Part shown: positions 49,783 to 63,967 of the stretch, piece after piece
Numbering within the stretch: the first letter of the stretch is position 1
Layout of the letters: each line of letters starts with the position of its first letter
Source: Octopus bimaculoides
Taxonomy: Eukaryota
Assembly (NCBI RefSeq): GCF_001194135.2
Contig: NC_068998.1
Location: 53,838,713 to 53,902,712 of the forward strand
DNA length: 64,000 bases
Direction: 5' to 3'
Translations under genes and position numbers: made by a program
The notes under the pieces: model-generated
What the model was told of the DNA's origin: nothing
Databases searched by the model: none
The model's input: the letters and a program-made list of their open reading frames with translations, nothing else

Positions 49783-50734
49783 TATCCAGATACACATGAT
49801 ACATGCATACATATATTTTAAATACATGCATCTATATATGTTTTACATATGCATATGTATATGTGTGTGTGTGTATATTTATATATTCATATATAACCAT
49901 GTACGTGTGTATATATATACATACATACACATATATATGCATACAAGAATACATACATATTTACGCACATAACTTCATAAATATATAGATACATATGTGT
50001 GTGGTGTATGGTCTCATATCTTTCTCCACCTTTCAGTTTCAAATGTCGAACATTTACCATTGTCAACATCTGTGCTCTTGGAGTCCCCAAACAAATAACC
50101 AACTAAATAAATAGATAAATAAATATGTATCCGTTCTTTTACCAAACTTTACCAGTTCCAAACACAGAAGTAAAAGAATTAGTAAGAAAGAATGGCAAAG
50201 TTCCAAAGACGCAAATAGAATTTAAACTTTGTTGGGCATTTTACAACATCAACTTTGCAGACCATTCCGAAGAATTACACTAAATTTGAATGACAGATGT
50301 ATTCTTAGAACCATTATTCCAATATTGACAACACAGACAATAAAGCACCCTATCTTTCTCATATCTTTTATTTCTTTTGATATGTTTTATAACCAAACCT
50401 GAAAAGTGCCTGCTTATCTATTGTTGGTATGATTGTTTGTATTTAGTTAGAACGACATCCCTTCTGGAAGACAATACATACTTATAAAAATGGGCAACAA
50501 CGTATGCTATGAAGAAAGTTGCTGTAATTTAGGGCTGGGGTGGGGTTAGTTGATCAGTTAGTTACTATAAACTAAAACCCCCTCGAAGTGTAAAATTTAT
50601 TTGGAATAGCAATAATTTTGTCTCACTGACGCAATGATTTCTTTAATAATTGCTTCTAATTTCAACAGAAGGACAGCAATCTTTCGGTGAGAGGTTAGTC
50701 GTTACCATCAGTCTCAAGTTTTGAGTCATTCTTT

Positions 50735-51050
50735 ATTTTACGCACTCCGAAAGCAAAAATGAAATCGACAGAATTTGAACTTAGAATGTACAGAGCCAAA
50801 AGAAATATAGCAATATTGCTAGGATCTAACGATTCTGTTAACCAAGTGGCCGGTGGATGCCTAAAACAATCCTTTCTACTATTGACACGAGGCCTAAAAT
50901 TTATGGGAATGGGAACTACTACTTTGGTACTCATTTTCCAACCCTCACAGCAAGGCAAAGTTGATCTCGGCAGAATATGAATGTAAGGCCGGAAGAAATG
51001 ACATTAAGCAATTTTTCCGGCCCAACATTTCTATCAGCATCTTCGACGCA
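50735..51050 (-). mobile_element. Two degenerate SINE family A copies in tandem
   Basis: gaatttgaacttagaa...ctaacgattctg and aggcctaaaattt...ggtactcatttt...ggcaaagttgatctcggcagaat. Confidence 0.6.
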
Positions 51051-51403
51051 GTAAACTACCAAAACAAAAATTTATAAAAAATGATTTATGATAAGATCTC
51101 TCTCAACATGGTCTATCTGTGAGAGCAAATAAGGAAGACAATGTCTCTTCAAGGAGAGAACTTCAGGCAAGAGCAAGATTGCAGAGGCTGTAACTGTACG
51201 CACGAATCTCGTCGTGGTTTACCTCGTCACATCTTAGTCTGTCTCTCAACATAAATTAGCATCAATTTTTTATTAGCTGTTTTGATTTTCTCCAATCTGT
51301 ATGAATTTAAACGTATGACTTTCGATTTACAAATTATCAGTTTTTGCAAATTATATTTTACCCTTCGGTACTGAGCAAAGATAGATATATTTATATACAT
51401 ATA

Positions 51404-51442
<39 letters not shown>

Positions 51443-51448
<6 letters not shown>

Positions 51449-51606
51449 AGATTCCACATAGTTTTTCTCGACCAAATTCCCCTCATAATATATTGAATGA
51501 CAAGAAGCAACAGCAAGACATATTTCCCAAGCTAGGTTCCTGCAGGATTCGAACTCGTGAGCAGGTAGTTGTGAAGTGAACTTCATATCAACGCAGCCAA
51601 GCCTGC
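51443..51606 (-). mobile_element. SINE family C head, degenerate
   Basis: Follows (TA)n; tttcccaag...ggattcgaactc...acgcagccaagcctgc is a reversed tRNA-like head with a B-box. Confidence 0.5.
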
Positions 51607-51975
51607 AATCAAATTTATTTTGTCTCTTCACATACATATTCCAGCGAATGTCAAATAACTTATTTAGTGGCATTTATATGAAGATGAAAAAGTAATTTAT
51701 GTTTTCAAATATTTAATTTAGGCAATTTGCCAAGAAAATCACTAGAAATTCTTTAAAATGCAGCAAGGTCAAGATTAGTTAACCTTTTTCTGGTCACGGT
51801 TTCAAGAAAATACATTGTACAGAGATTTTAGTTACAAGTTAGAAATCTTCAAGAACTCTAGAGACTTTCATTAAATAACAGTATTTACTCTCTTAAGAAG
51901 TTGCTGTTTTCACAGCTTAGCTCGGAGATCATTTCTCATATAAGTTTTAAATTTAACTTTAAATATAAAAAACCT

Positions 51976-52167
51976 ACGGAATTTTGTCAGTGATCAGGTC
52001 GCGGTTTCAAAGCGACGAAAATATTCTGGTAAATTAAATTTAAATGTTGAAGTGAATCTAACGGTTTTTGTGTGTTTTTAAATGGCTTATAAATACCTTC
52101 CATGCTGTAATTGTTTTCGTTCCACACACGATATCAGATCAGGTTACTTGCTATGCAAGTACATCTC
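51976..52167. mobile_element. Foldback MITE-like element, spacer plus one complete arm
   Basis: caggtcgcggtttcaaagcgacgaaaatatt...tcagatcaggttacttgctatgcaagtacatctc matches both arms of 24925-25145. Confidence 0.75.
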
Positions 52168-52950
52168 TCTAAAACAATTGTTTTTCTTATTAGAAAATTA
52201 TGGTATTTCGAGCGTTGGTTTAAAAAATAGTTTTAACATTTCCGGATTAATTTAAAAGAAGATATCTTTCAGGTTGACATGGCACTTTACTGATTTTGTT
52301 CGAGTGTATTGAACTGGAAGAAGACACCATTGTGTGATTGTGATATATGTCTTGCAACTATACATTCTGAGTTCGATCTCAGTGCTTCCTACTGTTATAA
52401 CAGTATTAATTGCATAGGTACAAAACAAAGGAAAGCTTTGCCACAGCATCACCGCTATACAATGCTTGAAACCAAACGAATGAAATACAATTTTTTTTAA
52501 CAATTCCCTCTTTTGGCTACCTTATAAAAATCTTTTTATCATTTCCTCCCTTTATGAATAAACTGCATCAATTGTCTATTTTAGCGCTGCTGTGTTTATA
52601 CCAACTATTCTTCAGATTTCCATTTTACATCTATTGGAACTCTGCCATTTCATTCTTCTCCTGTCTTTGGAAATATTACGTTTCATTATAAATGCTTTGC
52701 TACCAAAGTTCACATTTGCTTTATGCAGTATAACAACACTAACACCAATATTCCATTATTAACGCACCACATAAAATATAATGCTGTGGATACATAATAT
52801 TAATTTTATCGCGCTTTGGCGACATGCGACATGATAAAGTATACAGCATTTTAGCAAAATTTACCAATAAAGTATCAACATTTAGATACATTAGTCCTTT
52901 CACACATCTTATAACACACACACACGCATATATAAGTACATACATATGTA

Positions 52951-53015
<65 letters not shown>

Positions 53016-53176
53016 NNNNNNNNNNNNNNNNNNNNNNNNNNNNNNNNNNNNNNNNNNNNNNNNNNNNNNNNNNNNNNNNNNNNNNNNNNNNNNNNNNNNN
53101 NNNNNNNNNNNNNNNNNNNNNNNNNNNNNNNNNNNNNNNNNNNNNNNNNNNNNNNNNNNNNNNNNNNNNNATATAT

Positions 53177-53225
<49 letters not shown>

Positions 53226-53649
53226 TGTACGTACTTGTTTCGGATAATGTGTTTCATGCCCATCTCCCACAAAGCATAAAACGTTCGATTAACACCGCTG
53301 CTACTACTCTATCACTTTAAGCAAAAACGTTGTGGTATCGAAATGTCACTAGCAAACCACTGTTTATTTGTATACCAACCCTTTAGAAATCATGCTATAA
53401 TAGAAAAGCACTTCCAAAACAAATCACCATACATTTGAAGTGTTATCCTATTTGAAATGTTTGGAGCCTATTCACACTTTTGTCGCATATTTTACAGACG
53501 CTTGAACTATCTTACACAATCCTATTAAATTGTTTTGCTCTTGAAATATAACCCTAACTTAAAAATATAAAGGGAAAGGCCATTAGTTATCAAATGAAAG
53601 AATTACTATATAAAATAAATAAGAAAATTAGAAGCAATATCCAGTGACG

Positions 53650-53960
53650 ATGTCAAGTTAACCAACAACGGAACCCAGTTTGCAAAGACCCGGAGTTCAT
53701 GCATTATTTGTTATGCCAGCACAATGAAAGTTTTTCCAAATTCTTGCATGTTGAATAGTAATTGGTTACAATTCAGTTTTTCCCTATTACACGGAGCTGA
53801 CAGCCACTGATTTCTTTCTCGGGCTCTCTACAACTACTTTAGAACGTTTTTATTTACAGCATTGCCAAAACTCTACTAAAGCAAAATGAGGAATGGTTTA
53901 TCAAAAGAACTTGTCAAACTTCAGCTAAGAAAATCGAATATAGCATTACTCATCTGTTTA
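53650..53960 (+). mobile_element. Degenerate mariner transposase relic
   Basis: PYYTELTATDFFL (compare PYSPDLAPTDF.LF), followed by KQNEEWF (compare SK..EFY). Confidence 0.4.
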
Positions 53961-54477
53961 CTGATACTTTCACTCAAAAGTAATCAAAATTTCTCCTGGT
54001 AATATTAAAGAAATGATTATTTCGCAAAAAACGGCTGAATATTAACCACACACAACAAAAAAAAAACAGTTCTTGCAGAGATACAAAAGATATTCACAAA
54101 TATTATCCGAAATGAAGGGGAAAATGGTGATATTGTTTGTCAGAAATAAATAATCCTGAAGAGAATTCACAGAAGCGTTTGATATATTCATTGCCATTTA
54201 GGGTTCTTGATCTCCCCTGAGAATCAAAAATATAAAGTATGTAAAAGGCAACGCATATATCAAATACTTGATCATCCTTTGAGAGTTAAGAAATATAGAC
54301 ACTTGTTCTATTACCATTTGCCTACCAACAAAGCAACAACAATTTGTCTCTATCCTTGGCGCTCACAGAACAAAAGAATTAACCGAACACTTAAACAACC
54401 GCTCCTAAATATCTCACTTCCTCAATATACCTCATTTCATATTAATAATACATACATATATATGTATGTATCTATAA

Positions 54478-54550
<73 letters not shown>

Positions 54551-55198
54551 NNNNNNNNNNNNNNNNNNNNNNNNNNNNNNNNNNNNNNNNNNNNNNNNNN
54601 NNNNNNNNNNNNNNNNNNNNNNNNNNNNNNNNNNNNNNNNNNNNNNNNNNNNNNNNNNNNNNNNNNNNNNNNNNNNNNNNNNNNNNNNNNNNNNNNNNNN
54701 NNNNNNNNNNNNNNNNNNNNNNNNNNNNNNNNNNNNNNNNNNNNNNNNNNNNNNNNNNNNNNNNNNNNNNNNNNNNNNNNNNNNNNNNNNNNNNNNNNNN
54801 NNNNNNNNNNNNNNNNNNNNNNNNNNNNNNNNNNNNNNNNNNNNNNNNNNNNNNNNNNNNNNNNNNNNNNNNNNNNNNNNNNNNNNNNNNNNNNNNNNNN
54901 NNNNNNNNNNNNNNNNNNNNNNNNNNNNNNNNNNNNNNNNNNNNNNNNNNNNNNNNNNNNNNNNNNNNNNNNNNNNNNNNNNNNNNNNNNNNNNNNNNNN
55001 NNNNNNNNNNNNNNNNNNNNNNNNNNNNNNNNNNNNNNNNNNNNNNNNNNNNNNNNNNNNNNNNNNNNNNNNNNNNNNNNNNNNNNNNNNNNNNNNNNNN
55101 NNNNNNNNNNNNNNNNNNNNNNNNNNNNNNNNNNNNNNNNNNNNNNNNNNNNNNNNNNNNNNNNNNNNNNNNNNNNNNNNNNNNNNNNNNNNNNNNNN

Positions 55199-55272
<74 letters not shown>

Positions 55273-57524
55273 TGTGCATATATATAAATATGAATATACG
55301 ATTTGAAGGATTCAAATGAATCAGGTACTTAAACGATAGGTACCGGGTTGGGTAGAAATCAACCTGTAAACAGTACTTCTAGTCGAATAAATATCATGGC
55401 TACTGAAGTTATAAGCTTCACTGATCCTCTTCATATAAAATCCACATACATAAAATTATATGTGAAAGAGTGAGACAGACACAGCATGCGAGTTTCTCCG
55501 GAAATGCTTATATTTCTCTTCCCCGATGCAGCTGAATCCTGATTATCCTCAAAAGTGTGTTCACTGAACTATGACTGAAATCTTCGAAGGACTCTGCTCG
55601 AAATAAAATGGAAGGATTGGGGAATAAAGCATGTCTTAAGACTCTCACTTACAATAGTTTCAGCACCGTGTATTGGAGTCGTCAGAAACAACCAATTGCA
55701 TTCTTTCGCCCACCTACCGCCAGTAATTTGGCTAAGGTGTTTTGTGATTAGTAATTTTACCATAGTAGTATAGAGCGGCATTTATTAAACCGCATTTCAT
55801 CATTTCTCTTTAACCAGACGGACATTAAGATATCTTCGAAAGATTCCTTGTAAAGATTAATTTATTTGTTTCTTGTGAGGTAAAAGCAAATCTATTCTCT
55901 CTTTTCTCAGGGAAATCCTGAACCTCGAAAACAAGGTGTTGGTGCTCTACCTTCCATCCTGCCTTGACAAAACCGTCAATTAAATTACGACACCGAGGTT
56001 TCCTTTCTGTGGTCTGGAAAAATAAAATCATCTTCGTAGCTAAAGGTCAATTCTAAAAGAATCCATACCATAGTCTCTCACTAAATGAATTATACAATGA
56101 GGTGTTTGTTTAGTCATAATGAAAATGGGGTTTAGCTTTCCGATAACTCTGCCGTCATTTTGTAAATCAATCGAAAGATTCAACCATTTATTTCCGTAGC
56201 GTATCTTTGCTCAATCAGAAATAACTAGCGTAACAAAACTAAGAGAAGAAGTAGCACCAGAACAAGCTAAAACACAAGAACATCAACATTTTCATAATAA
56301 TTATTTAAATATAAAGTGCTACAACATTTTAAGCTCTCCCTAAAGTATATTTAAAATATAGATTAAAGCTGACAGCTCATAAATCAGTTTGTATTTAACT
56401 TCACTTAATTTTCCAAACATATATTTATCAGTTGAAATTTCAAATGATATCTCTTTGAAATATTAGTCTAAAATCACTATTTACACATTTCCGATCTTTT
56501 ATAATCTTCTATCGTCTATCTTGATGAACTATAATTCAAAATGGCAGCGTTAACTAAATAGTTTACTTATTAAACGTTGCTGATAAGTTCCTAAAGATAT
56601 AAAAATCTCTTGAAAGGCTTTCTTTTTATTAAACTGAAGTTAATGGAATTTCAGGAATATTGTTGCCTCTGGAATATTTATGTATCATTTTAATTGCAAA
56701 TATTTTGACAGGCAGGCTATAATTAATACAATATGTTGCAACTAAGTTGCTTTATGTAAATAAATTAAACGAATGATGCTTTGCTAATTTGATTTTCATA
56801 TTAATGTCGGGGGCTGGGAAATATTACCTCCACATAATTATACGCATCTCTTTTTCAAAAATTCATGATTAATTATTTCTTTATGTGAAGCTTATGCTTT
56901 TATTTCGTAAGCTGCAGTAACCATAACAATGATAATAATTATTCATGTCTATAACGATATGGCAATAAAGATAAGTATATAGCAAACAGAATCAGTTCAC
57001 ATAATAATAGCAGTAACAGGAATGATGAGAGAAAATGCTAATAAACAGAAGCAAAATCTAGGGAGGAACACGGAGTTAACATGTACAATACAACCTGTAC
57101 AACAAACGTCATCCATTGTATATCGTGTAATTTCAATACAATACAAATCACAAAAAAGAAAGAAAGCAGAGCACCCTCCGAGCGCTGTCCCCCAGAAGGA
57201 AAGCAGAGCGGCACTGGAATGTGCGCTGAAGACACAGAGTAACAATGGAACTTACGAAATAATACGAGTAATATTCATAATACTAAAATTCAAAATCTAT
57301 TTATTTTTGCTTTCCAGCATTCTAAGGAAACCGATTCATTGTAGGGATAAAATGGTTCAATTAATGTACTCTTACACACAATCGTTTTCCGTTTTGCCAC
57401 CAATACTTTCCAATATATTTATAGTTAATGGAACCCTGAAAACAGAAGTAACTGTTCGTTATTATAGGAATATGAAAGAAAAGATTTCCTCCGTTGAAGG
57501 AGACACACAATGAGAATAAAATAT

Positions 57525-57618
57525 TGGCGCACGATATTGTCACATTTCACAAATGAACCTTTTTTTGGACCAAATAATGACTGGTGACGAGAAATGGGTT
57601 CTCTATAAAAATGTCTCT
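57525..57618 (+). mobile_element. Mariner transposase fragment with the first catalytic D
   Basis: FLDQIMTGDEKWVLYKNV matches mariner FL.RIVTGDEKW..Y.N. Confidence 0.8.
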
Positions 57619-57719
57619 ATTCACATACGACAGCAGCCCAAAGGCAAACCTAGAAGTACGTATAATACTACTACTGGATAGCACACATGAATCTATGTTC
57701 TTAATAGAATATACCATAA

Positions 57720-57762
<43 letters not shown>

Positions 57763-57770
57763 TATATACA

Positions 57771-57890
57771 CGACAGGCTTCCGCACAGCTTTCGTCTGCA
57801 AATTACCTCATGAGGTATTGGTCAGCACAGAGCAGTAATAGAAGACACATGCCCAAGGTAGCATGGAATGGGACTGAACTCCGAACAACG
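57771..57890 (-). mobile_element. SINE family C head
   Basis: tagaagacacatgcccaaggt...gggactgaact is the reverse of the CORE-like and B-box segment. Confidence 0.7.
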
Positions 57891-60312
57891 CTTTTCTCTT
57901 TCAACAAATTGAAATTATATTTTTGAAATGCTAGAAACTTTTTGTAAGAAAGAAGGAATAAGGTAAAAATGAATGTTTCAAGACCTGCTGAGAAATTACA
58001 ACAATGTCAATACTTGACACTTGATATGAGTACCGTAGCAAGATATGAAGGACATTTATCTTCGTATTAAAGATATCAACGTTTTCTTTTTCCTTCAGAA
58101 AAAGAAAACTTCCATCAAAATGCATATCTTTGCTATTGAGTCTAATAATGAATGACGTTGCACAAATGGCTGACTTTTCAACTCGTATATGAATATGAAC
58201 ACGTGCTACATAATTCGAAAGTAAGATTGTTATATCGCCGGAAAACTCTACAGTGAGTCATATTGTTAAGAACCGAAGTAGAGATTCTTTTTTTTTTTCA
58301 GTTGAAAACACAAACATTATTTGGATTGAAGATTTTCAGATTCCAAGTGGATGGTTCAATTAGCATATGTTTTCGATATTTTCTCGATTTGAATAGCATA
58401 AAGCTTTCTTTGCAAGCCACGTTCAAACAATGATTGGTTTAATGGGGAAAACGAATGTTTTTAAAAGCATACACATATTAAGGAAAAGGAGATTGGAACA
58501 AGGAAAAAAGAAAAAAGAGTCTTCATTTTTCCTGTGCTCGATCCACAGACGTAAGATTGCGTTAATAATTTAATGAAATAGAGAATATTAACTTTGATAC
58601 ATGTAGCAGAGTTGATAACAGGATTCAAATCAATCATTTCATTTAAACCGAATAAACTAAGACATGAAACTCTGTGGGAACTCCATTTAGTATCGCCATT
58701 AGCGAATTGTATGAGGACTTCTTTTCAACGTTAATTTCAAGAATAATTAAAAATATCGAATATATCAACTCATTTTTGTTGCACTGGAAGAGACAATTAT
58801 TGGAAATAACAATTAAATTACCTCTCGTTTCTACAACATATTTGGGGGTTTTCCAGCCCAAGAATTACAAAAATCAAACTTGGAAGTCGATTTCAAATAA
58901 AAAAAAAATCTTAATATGCAACTTATCAAAGCTGAAATCATAACTGGAAGAACTTCCGAAATTGGTCCAAAGACGAGGGTCTCATTATGTTGCATAATCT
59001 TGCATAGAATTTTATGTAAACTAAATAGAATTTTGCAACATCAATGGAAAACGTGAACAGAACATGTATAGTCATTGAGCTTACTAAAATACGAACCCGA
59101 TAATTTTTAATAATTAAATCTTAGTAGAAATCTGTCAAACATAACCTTTAAATAATATTCAATAATTCCATACTGTTACTTTGCCATAATGAACGTAATT
59201 TTATTGATACATGTGAAGCTATTAAAAGGCGAGTGTTTGACCATGCCATACTTATGTTTACAAATCTTGGCTCATTTTCGTGAGTTTTAACGATAACTGT
59301 TTCCGTACAATTAATGACCTGGAAAATTAAATTTACTAAATCGCTATAATTATAAAATTAATTGGCTATTCTCAGATTTCAAATTCAGTGTCCAAGCAAT
59401 AAAATATATTTTCACTATTTTATAAAAGACACAGGGAAAATTGATCGGAATCATCAGATATTTTCCTGTGTTATTTTCCTGTATTAAATCAACTTTCTGT
59501 CCTTAATTAAATACTAAATTATACGTCTATTTAATCATATAAAAAAAAACTTTCAAAAATGTCTTTAGTTAATAAGGTAAATATAATTTAGATCTTTTCT
59601 ATTAAAAATATTTATCACTCCAATATTTGGTTCGACATTTTAAAATCGTAACCTACTTTGAGACGTCAGGAAGTGCCCTGTTGGTTTCATCGTTTATAAT
59701 TATTTAGTGAAATATTTGCACTGGGATTCCTCATGATATCAATCTGAATAGTAGCTCGATGAGGATTAAGAAATTTATTTCAATGAGTCCATGAAAATCC
59801 CTCCATGCAGTCGCTTTAGCTTTTCAATAGCAAGTGGAACTCCCTCAAATCACTCCTACTATTTTAAATGAATATCTCATTAGCAAATGTATTGCTAAAT
59901 ATAGAAATATATTAAAAACAAGATATCCATTGATGAAATTTCTTTGTTTTTCGATTAAGGGTATTCTAGGCATAAACAGTGACGACAACAAAACAACTTA
60001 CCTTAAAGGAGATATAATATAATACCTAGTCATCCTGTAATGTATGTAGACGTAGTCAGGTTGGCGGAAGCCATACTTTTCTAAGTTACATCTACGATGG
60101 GAAAAGCTGAATGTAACAATGTAAGCTAATTGAACACGCGATACCGTGATACATTCACAACGGCCACTGAGGGTTAATGTTATTATTATTATCTATTATG
60201 CATTATATATATATGTGTGCGTTTGTCTTTGCATTTGTGGTTGTCTATTCACCGTCTGACAACCGCTATTGGTTTGTTTACGTCCTCGTAACTTAGAGAG
60301 GTNNNNNNNNNN

Positions 60313-60545
60313 CAGTGGTTAGAGCGTCGAGCTTACGATCGTGAGGTTGTGAATTCGATTCCCGGACCGGGCTGCGTGTTGTGTTCTTGAGCAAGACACT
60401 TTATTTGACGTTGCTCCAGTTAACTCAGCTGTAGAAATGAGTTGCGACGTCACAGGTGCCAAGTTGTAGTGGCCATTTTGCCTTTCCCTTGGACAGCATC
60501 CGTGGCGTGGAGAGGGGAGGCTGATATGCATGGGTGACTGCTCGT
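60313..60545 (+). mobile_element. SINE family B (5' end lost in a 10-N gap)
   Basis: cagtggttagagcg...gaattcgattccc...gtgttcttgagcaagacactttatttgacgttgctccag..actcagctg. Confidence 0.85.
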
Positions 60546-60629
60546 CACCCATATATATATATGTACACACACACATTCATATGTACATATATATGTATTA
60601 TATATATATGTATATGTATGCATTATATA

Positions 60630-60835
60630 TATATGTGTGCGTTTGTCTTTGCATTTGTGGTTGTCTATTCACCGTCTGACAACCGCTATTGGTTTGTTTA
60701 CGTCCTCGTAACTTAGAGAGGTTCGACACAAGAGACAAATATAATATGCACCGAAGTTGAATATTCGAGTGTAACCACTTCAGGTCGGTGCCTCAACATG
60801 ACTGCAGTCCAATAAATGAAACAAGTAGAAGGTGG
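60630..60835 (+). mobile_element. SINE family C 3' part
   Basis: tgacaaccgctattggtttgtttacgtcctcgtaacttagagaggttcgac...catgactgcagtcc...gaaacaagtaga. Confidence 0.75.
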
Positions 60836-61486
60836 AGCATTATGGTTTTATATCCTTTATCATATTTCTAGTATCTTCTTTAGGCTGAAACCCACTTATG
60901 TTTTTAGATATTCTTTCAAAGTTGCCATCAACATTTTACACGTTCTGCTCTAAAATAAACAATCGCCGCTTTGAAGCTGAAACATGAGAAAAATCAATAT
61001 ATTTTTATCTCCCTTGAACTTATTTCATTCGTCCTCGTTTATGATTTCCTGAAATAACTAACATAGAGAGAAACTTGATAGAACAGCGGTCCATAACTAT
61101 AATAAAATTACTAGACGACAGAAACGATGGAATCACTCAGCAATTTCAATATATCATAATCATTATCTCAAAGCTGAATCTCAATATTTCCTCTTTCCAG
61201 ATATAAGTGTTGTGGTGGAGGGGAAGGGTTGTAATTCTGTTATTCTAGGGAGAATAAAGTAGTCAAATATCCCATAAAAACAGGCGGGCCCTCATATATG
61301 TGTTTGTTTGCCATTCTGTGTGAGTGTGTGTGTGAGTGTGTGTGTGTGTTTGTGTGTGTGATGTGTGTATAATGTGTGTATTGTGTATGTATACGCGTTT
61401 CGTACATACTAAATAACATGTACAAACGTTCACACATACACACATATATAAGCAATACATGTATATGTGAGTGTCTCTGTGTCTAC

Positions 61487-61536
<50 letters not shown>

Positions 61537-62641
61537 TTGTGTACACACACATATGTATGTATGTACGTATATTTGCATGTATATACACATACATACTTAT
61601 ACACTTGTGTGTGTGTTTCTGTGCGTGTATGTAAGCCTCGAGTATGTGTAAAGAATATTTATGTGTATGTGTATGTATATATGTAAGTATGTATTTAGAT
61701 ATACTTGCGAACACCTATTGAAGAATTTAACTTAATATATCCATATATACATGCATTCCAATATTTACATTCCTATTTCCTTGCACACACACATACATTC
61801 TTGCATACACGCGCACAAATATTCTTGCATACACATGCACACATATATATTGACATGCATGCGCACAGAAAATGAAATAGAATGTGTATACAAATACATT
61901 TGTTAGTAACAATATATCAATGTCGAAAATGGTTTCTCTCTGTCACTTGCATATCGCCTTTCCTGGTGTTACCATCTCTGATGCCAAGGGTCAAGTTTGG
62001 AACGAAATGTAATTATAGAAATAATTAAGAATGGTCTTCGTATTTTCAACAAATTTCAAAGCTGAAGAAAGAAATCATAGCCAAGTATCACCGTGTGTTT
62101 GGATATCATGCGGTGTTAGTTGGACCTCGTTGAAACAGTTAGCTAATTCCATTTAAGTTTCAGACACCTCATCATTCCAACGCGAAATTAGATAACGTTG
62201 TGTAGGCAAAGTCAAACATAAAATAACAACTTTATGCCTTTAAGCTATTTTCATCATTTTATGTTTGTACAAACTAATATTAGATATGGTAGGCTTATAA
62301 TATTAATTATAAATAGAAGAATTTCTGAGTAGACGGAAAGTACAGTGAAGTAGATCTATTATTTATAGATGTTTAAACATTGTGAAACAAAAACATTACA
62401 TTGAAGTCAATCTGGAGGGGACTTCACTAGGACGTAATTGCAACAGAATATAACACTTGTGGTATACATACAATAAATATAGTCACTGCCAAATGAAAGG
62501 TGAACATAGGTAGAAGATCATTTGATTACACTGTTTAACACGAATTTTGTCCTTGGGTAGCAACTGTTATTTCCTATTTGCTGACCTCTAGAGAGTATGA
62601 AAAATGGTTAATATTTCCTTCAAACTTTGCTTTTGTTACAT

Positions 62642-62710
62642 TTATTCAAACCCCCAAAAGAATCCCTCTCAACACATGGTTATAATCCCCCCCCCTCACT
62701 ACTCTTGCTT
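62642..62710. mobile_element. Fragment of element E
   Basis: ttattcaaacccccaaaagaatccctctcaacacatggttat matches about 11855-11910. Confidence 0.7.
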
Positions 62711-63366
62711 CTGAGGTGGCTTTATTACAGTAAACGAAGTAGCCACCAATGAGGTTTGCTAATATTTCATTCTTTTTTCGTAATCCATAATAAAAGCGAA
62801 AGAAAAACTTATCGTAAAGCATCCGTTATCTAACATCGTCTAAATATTATTTATCTAAGATGAATGCTGGAAAATATACTTGAGAAATGAGCCTCGTTAT
62901 TTGCACTGATTATTGCTGGCTATTCTAATGGCAACGCCTTTACAATCATGTCCGCAAGGTGCAGTTGAAGACACCCTTTGGTATGGGGTGCACCACCCGT
63001 TACTCCTTCCGCCCCAATCTTCTGTTGTTTAACTTCTTGGTGAGGCAGTGACGGAGTGTTTTTTCGATAATTCGATCTTTTTTACTTTTAAGTTTTTGTC
63101 TTACTTTTCTCCCTCTAAAAATACGTTGTTTATAAAATGGCGTTTTTATACAGTTAAAAAATATACTTCATGCAGTGCACCAAAAAGAACTTTTAATCAA
63201 CTGAATTCAAACCCAAAACGAGAAGAAAAAACAAAAGTAATTTTGTTTCAACACCAATTATTTCTTCATTCAGTATATTATGCTAGTCTTCATTTAACTA
63301 TTTGTTCCTACCATTGTTTCCTACCGTTCTTAGTTGCATAGTTTTTTCTGATATTTATTGTAGGTA

Positions 63367-63584
63367 CGGCGGCGAGCTGGCAGAGTGGTTAGCACGCCGG
63401 GCGAAATGATTAGCAGTATTTCGTCCGTCTTTACGTTTTGAGTTTAAATTCAGCCAAGGTCGACTTTGCCTTTCATCTTTTCGAGGTCGATGAAATAAGT
63501 ACCAGTTGCGTACTGGGTCGATCTAATCGACTGACCCCATCCCCCAAAATTGCAGGCCTTGTGCCTAGAGTAAGAAAGGATATT
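63367..63584 (+). mobile_element. SINE family A, full length
   Basis: Head ggcggcgagctggcag, core gtcgactttgcctttcatc, double hairpin and tail ggccttgtgcctagag. Confidence 0.93.
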
Positions 63585-63611
63585 TACTGGTGTAATCATA
63601 ATGTCCGGCTT

Positions 63612-63732
63612 TCCCAAAAGCATGAATGGCAAAGACGATCTCGGCAGAATTTGAACTCAGCACGTTAAGACGGATAAAAGGCCACTAAGCATTTCGTCCG
63701 GTGTGCTAACGATGATGCCAGTTCGCCAACTT
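63612..63732 (-). mobile_element. SINE family A 5' half, inverted relative to the preceding copy
   Basis: atgaatggcaaagacgatctcggcagaatttgaactcag...gtgctaacgatgatgccagttcgcc. Confidence 0.88.
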
Positions 63733-63967
63733 CAATAATAATGGTAATAATAATAATAACTACAATCACATCAACAACAACAACAACACAACATCAATAA
63801 CGGGAATATATTAGTAGATACCAATTCTCGAAACGATCTAAAATTATAGAAAAGTCTTAAAAGTTCCAATTTTAAGACATTTTAATGAAAATGACGCTTT
63901 TATTGCCCATTTTGCACACCATATATGTTCATAGATCTCCCTCTCTCTTCTCTTTTTCTCCCCTCTC

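Noticed and set aside
55500-56040. Possible minus-strand Tc1/IS630-like relic
   Set aside because: Only vague resemblance (NDEMRF, FIPQ); no diagnostic DD(E/D) motif.
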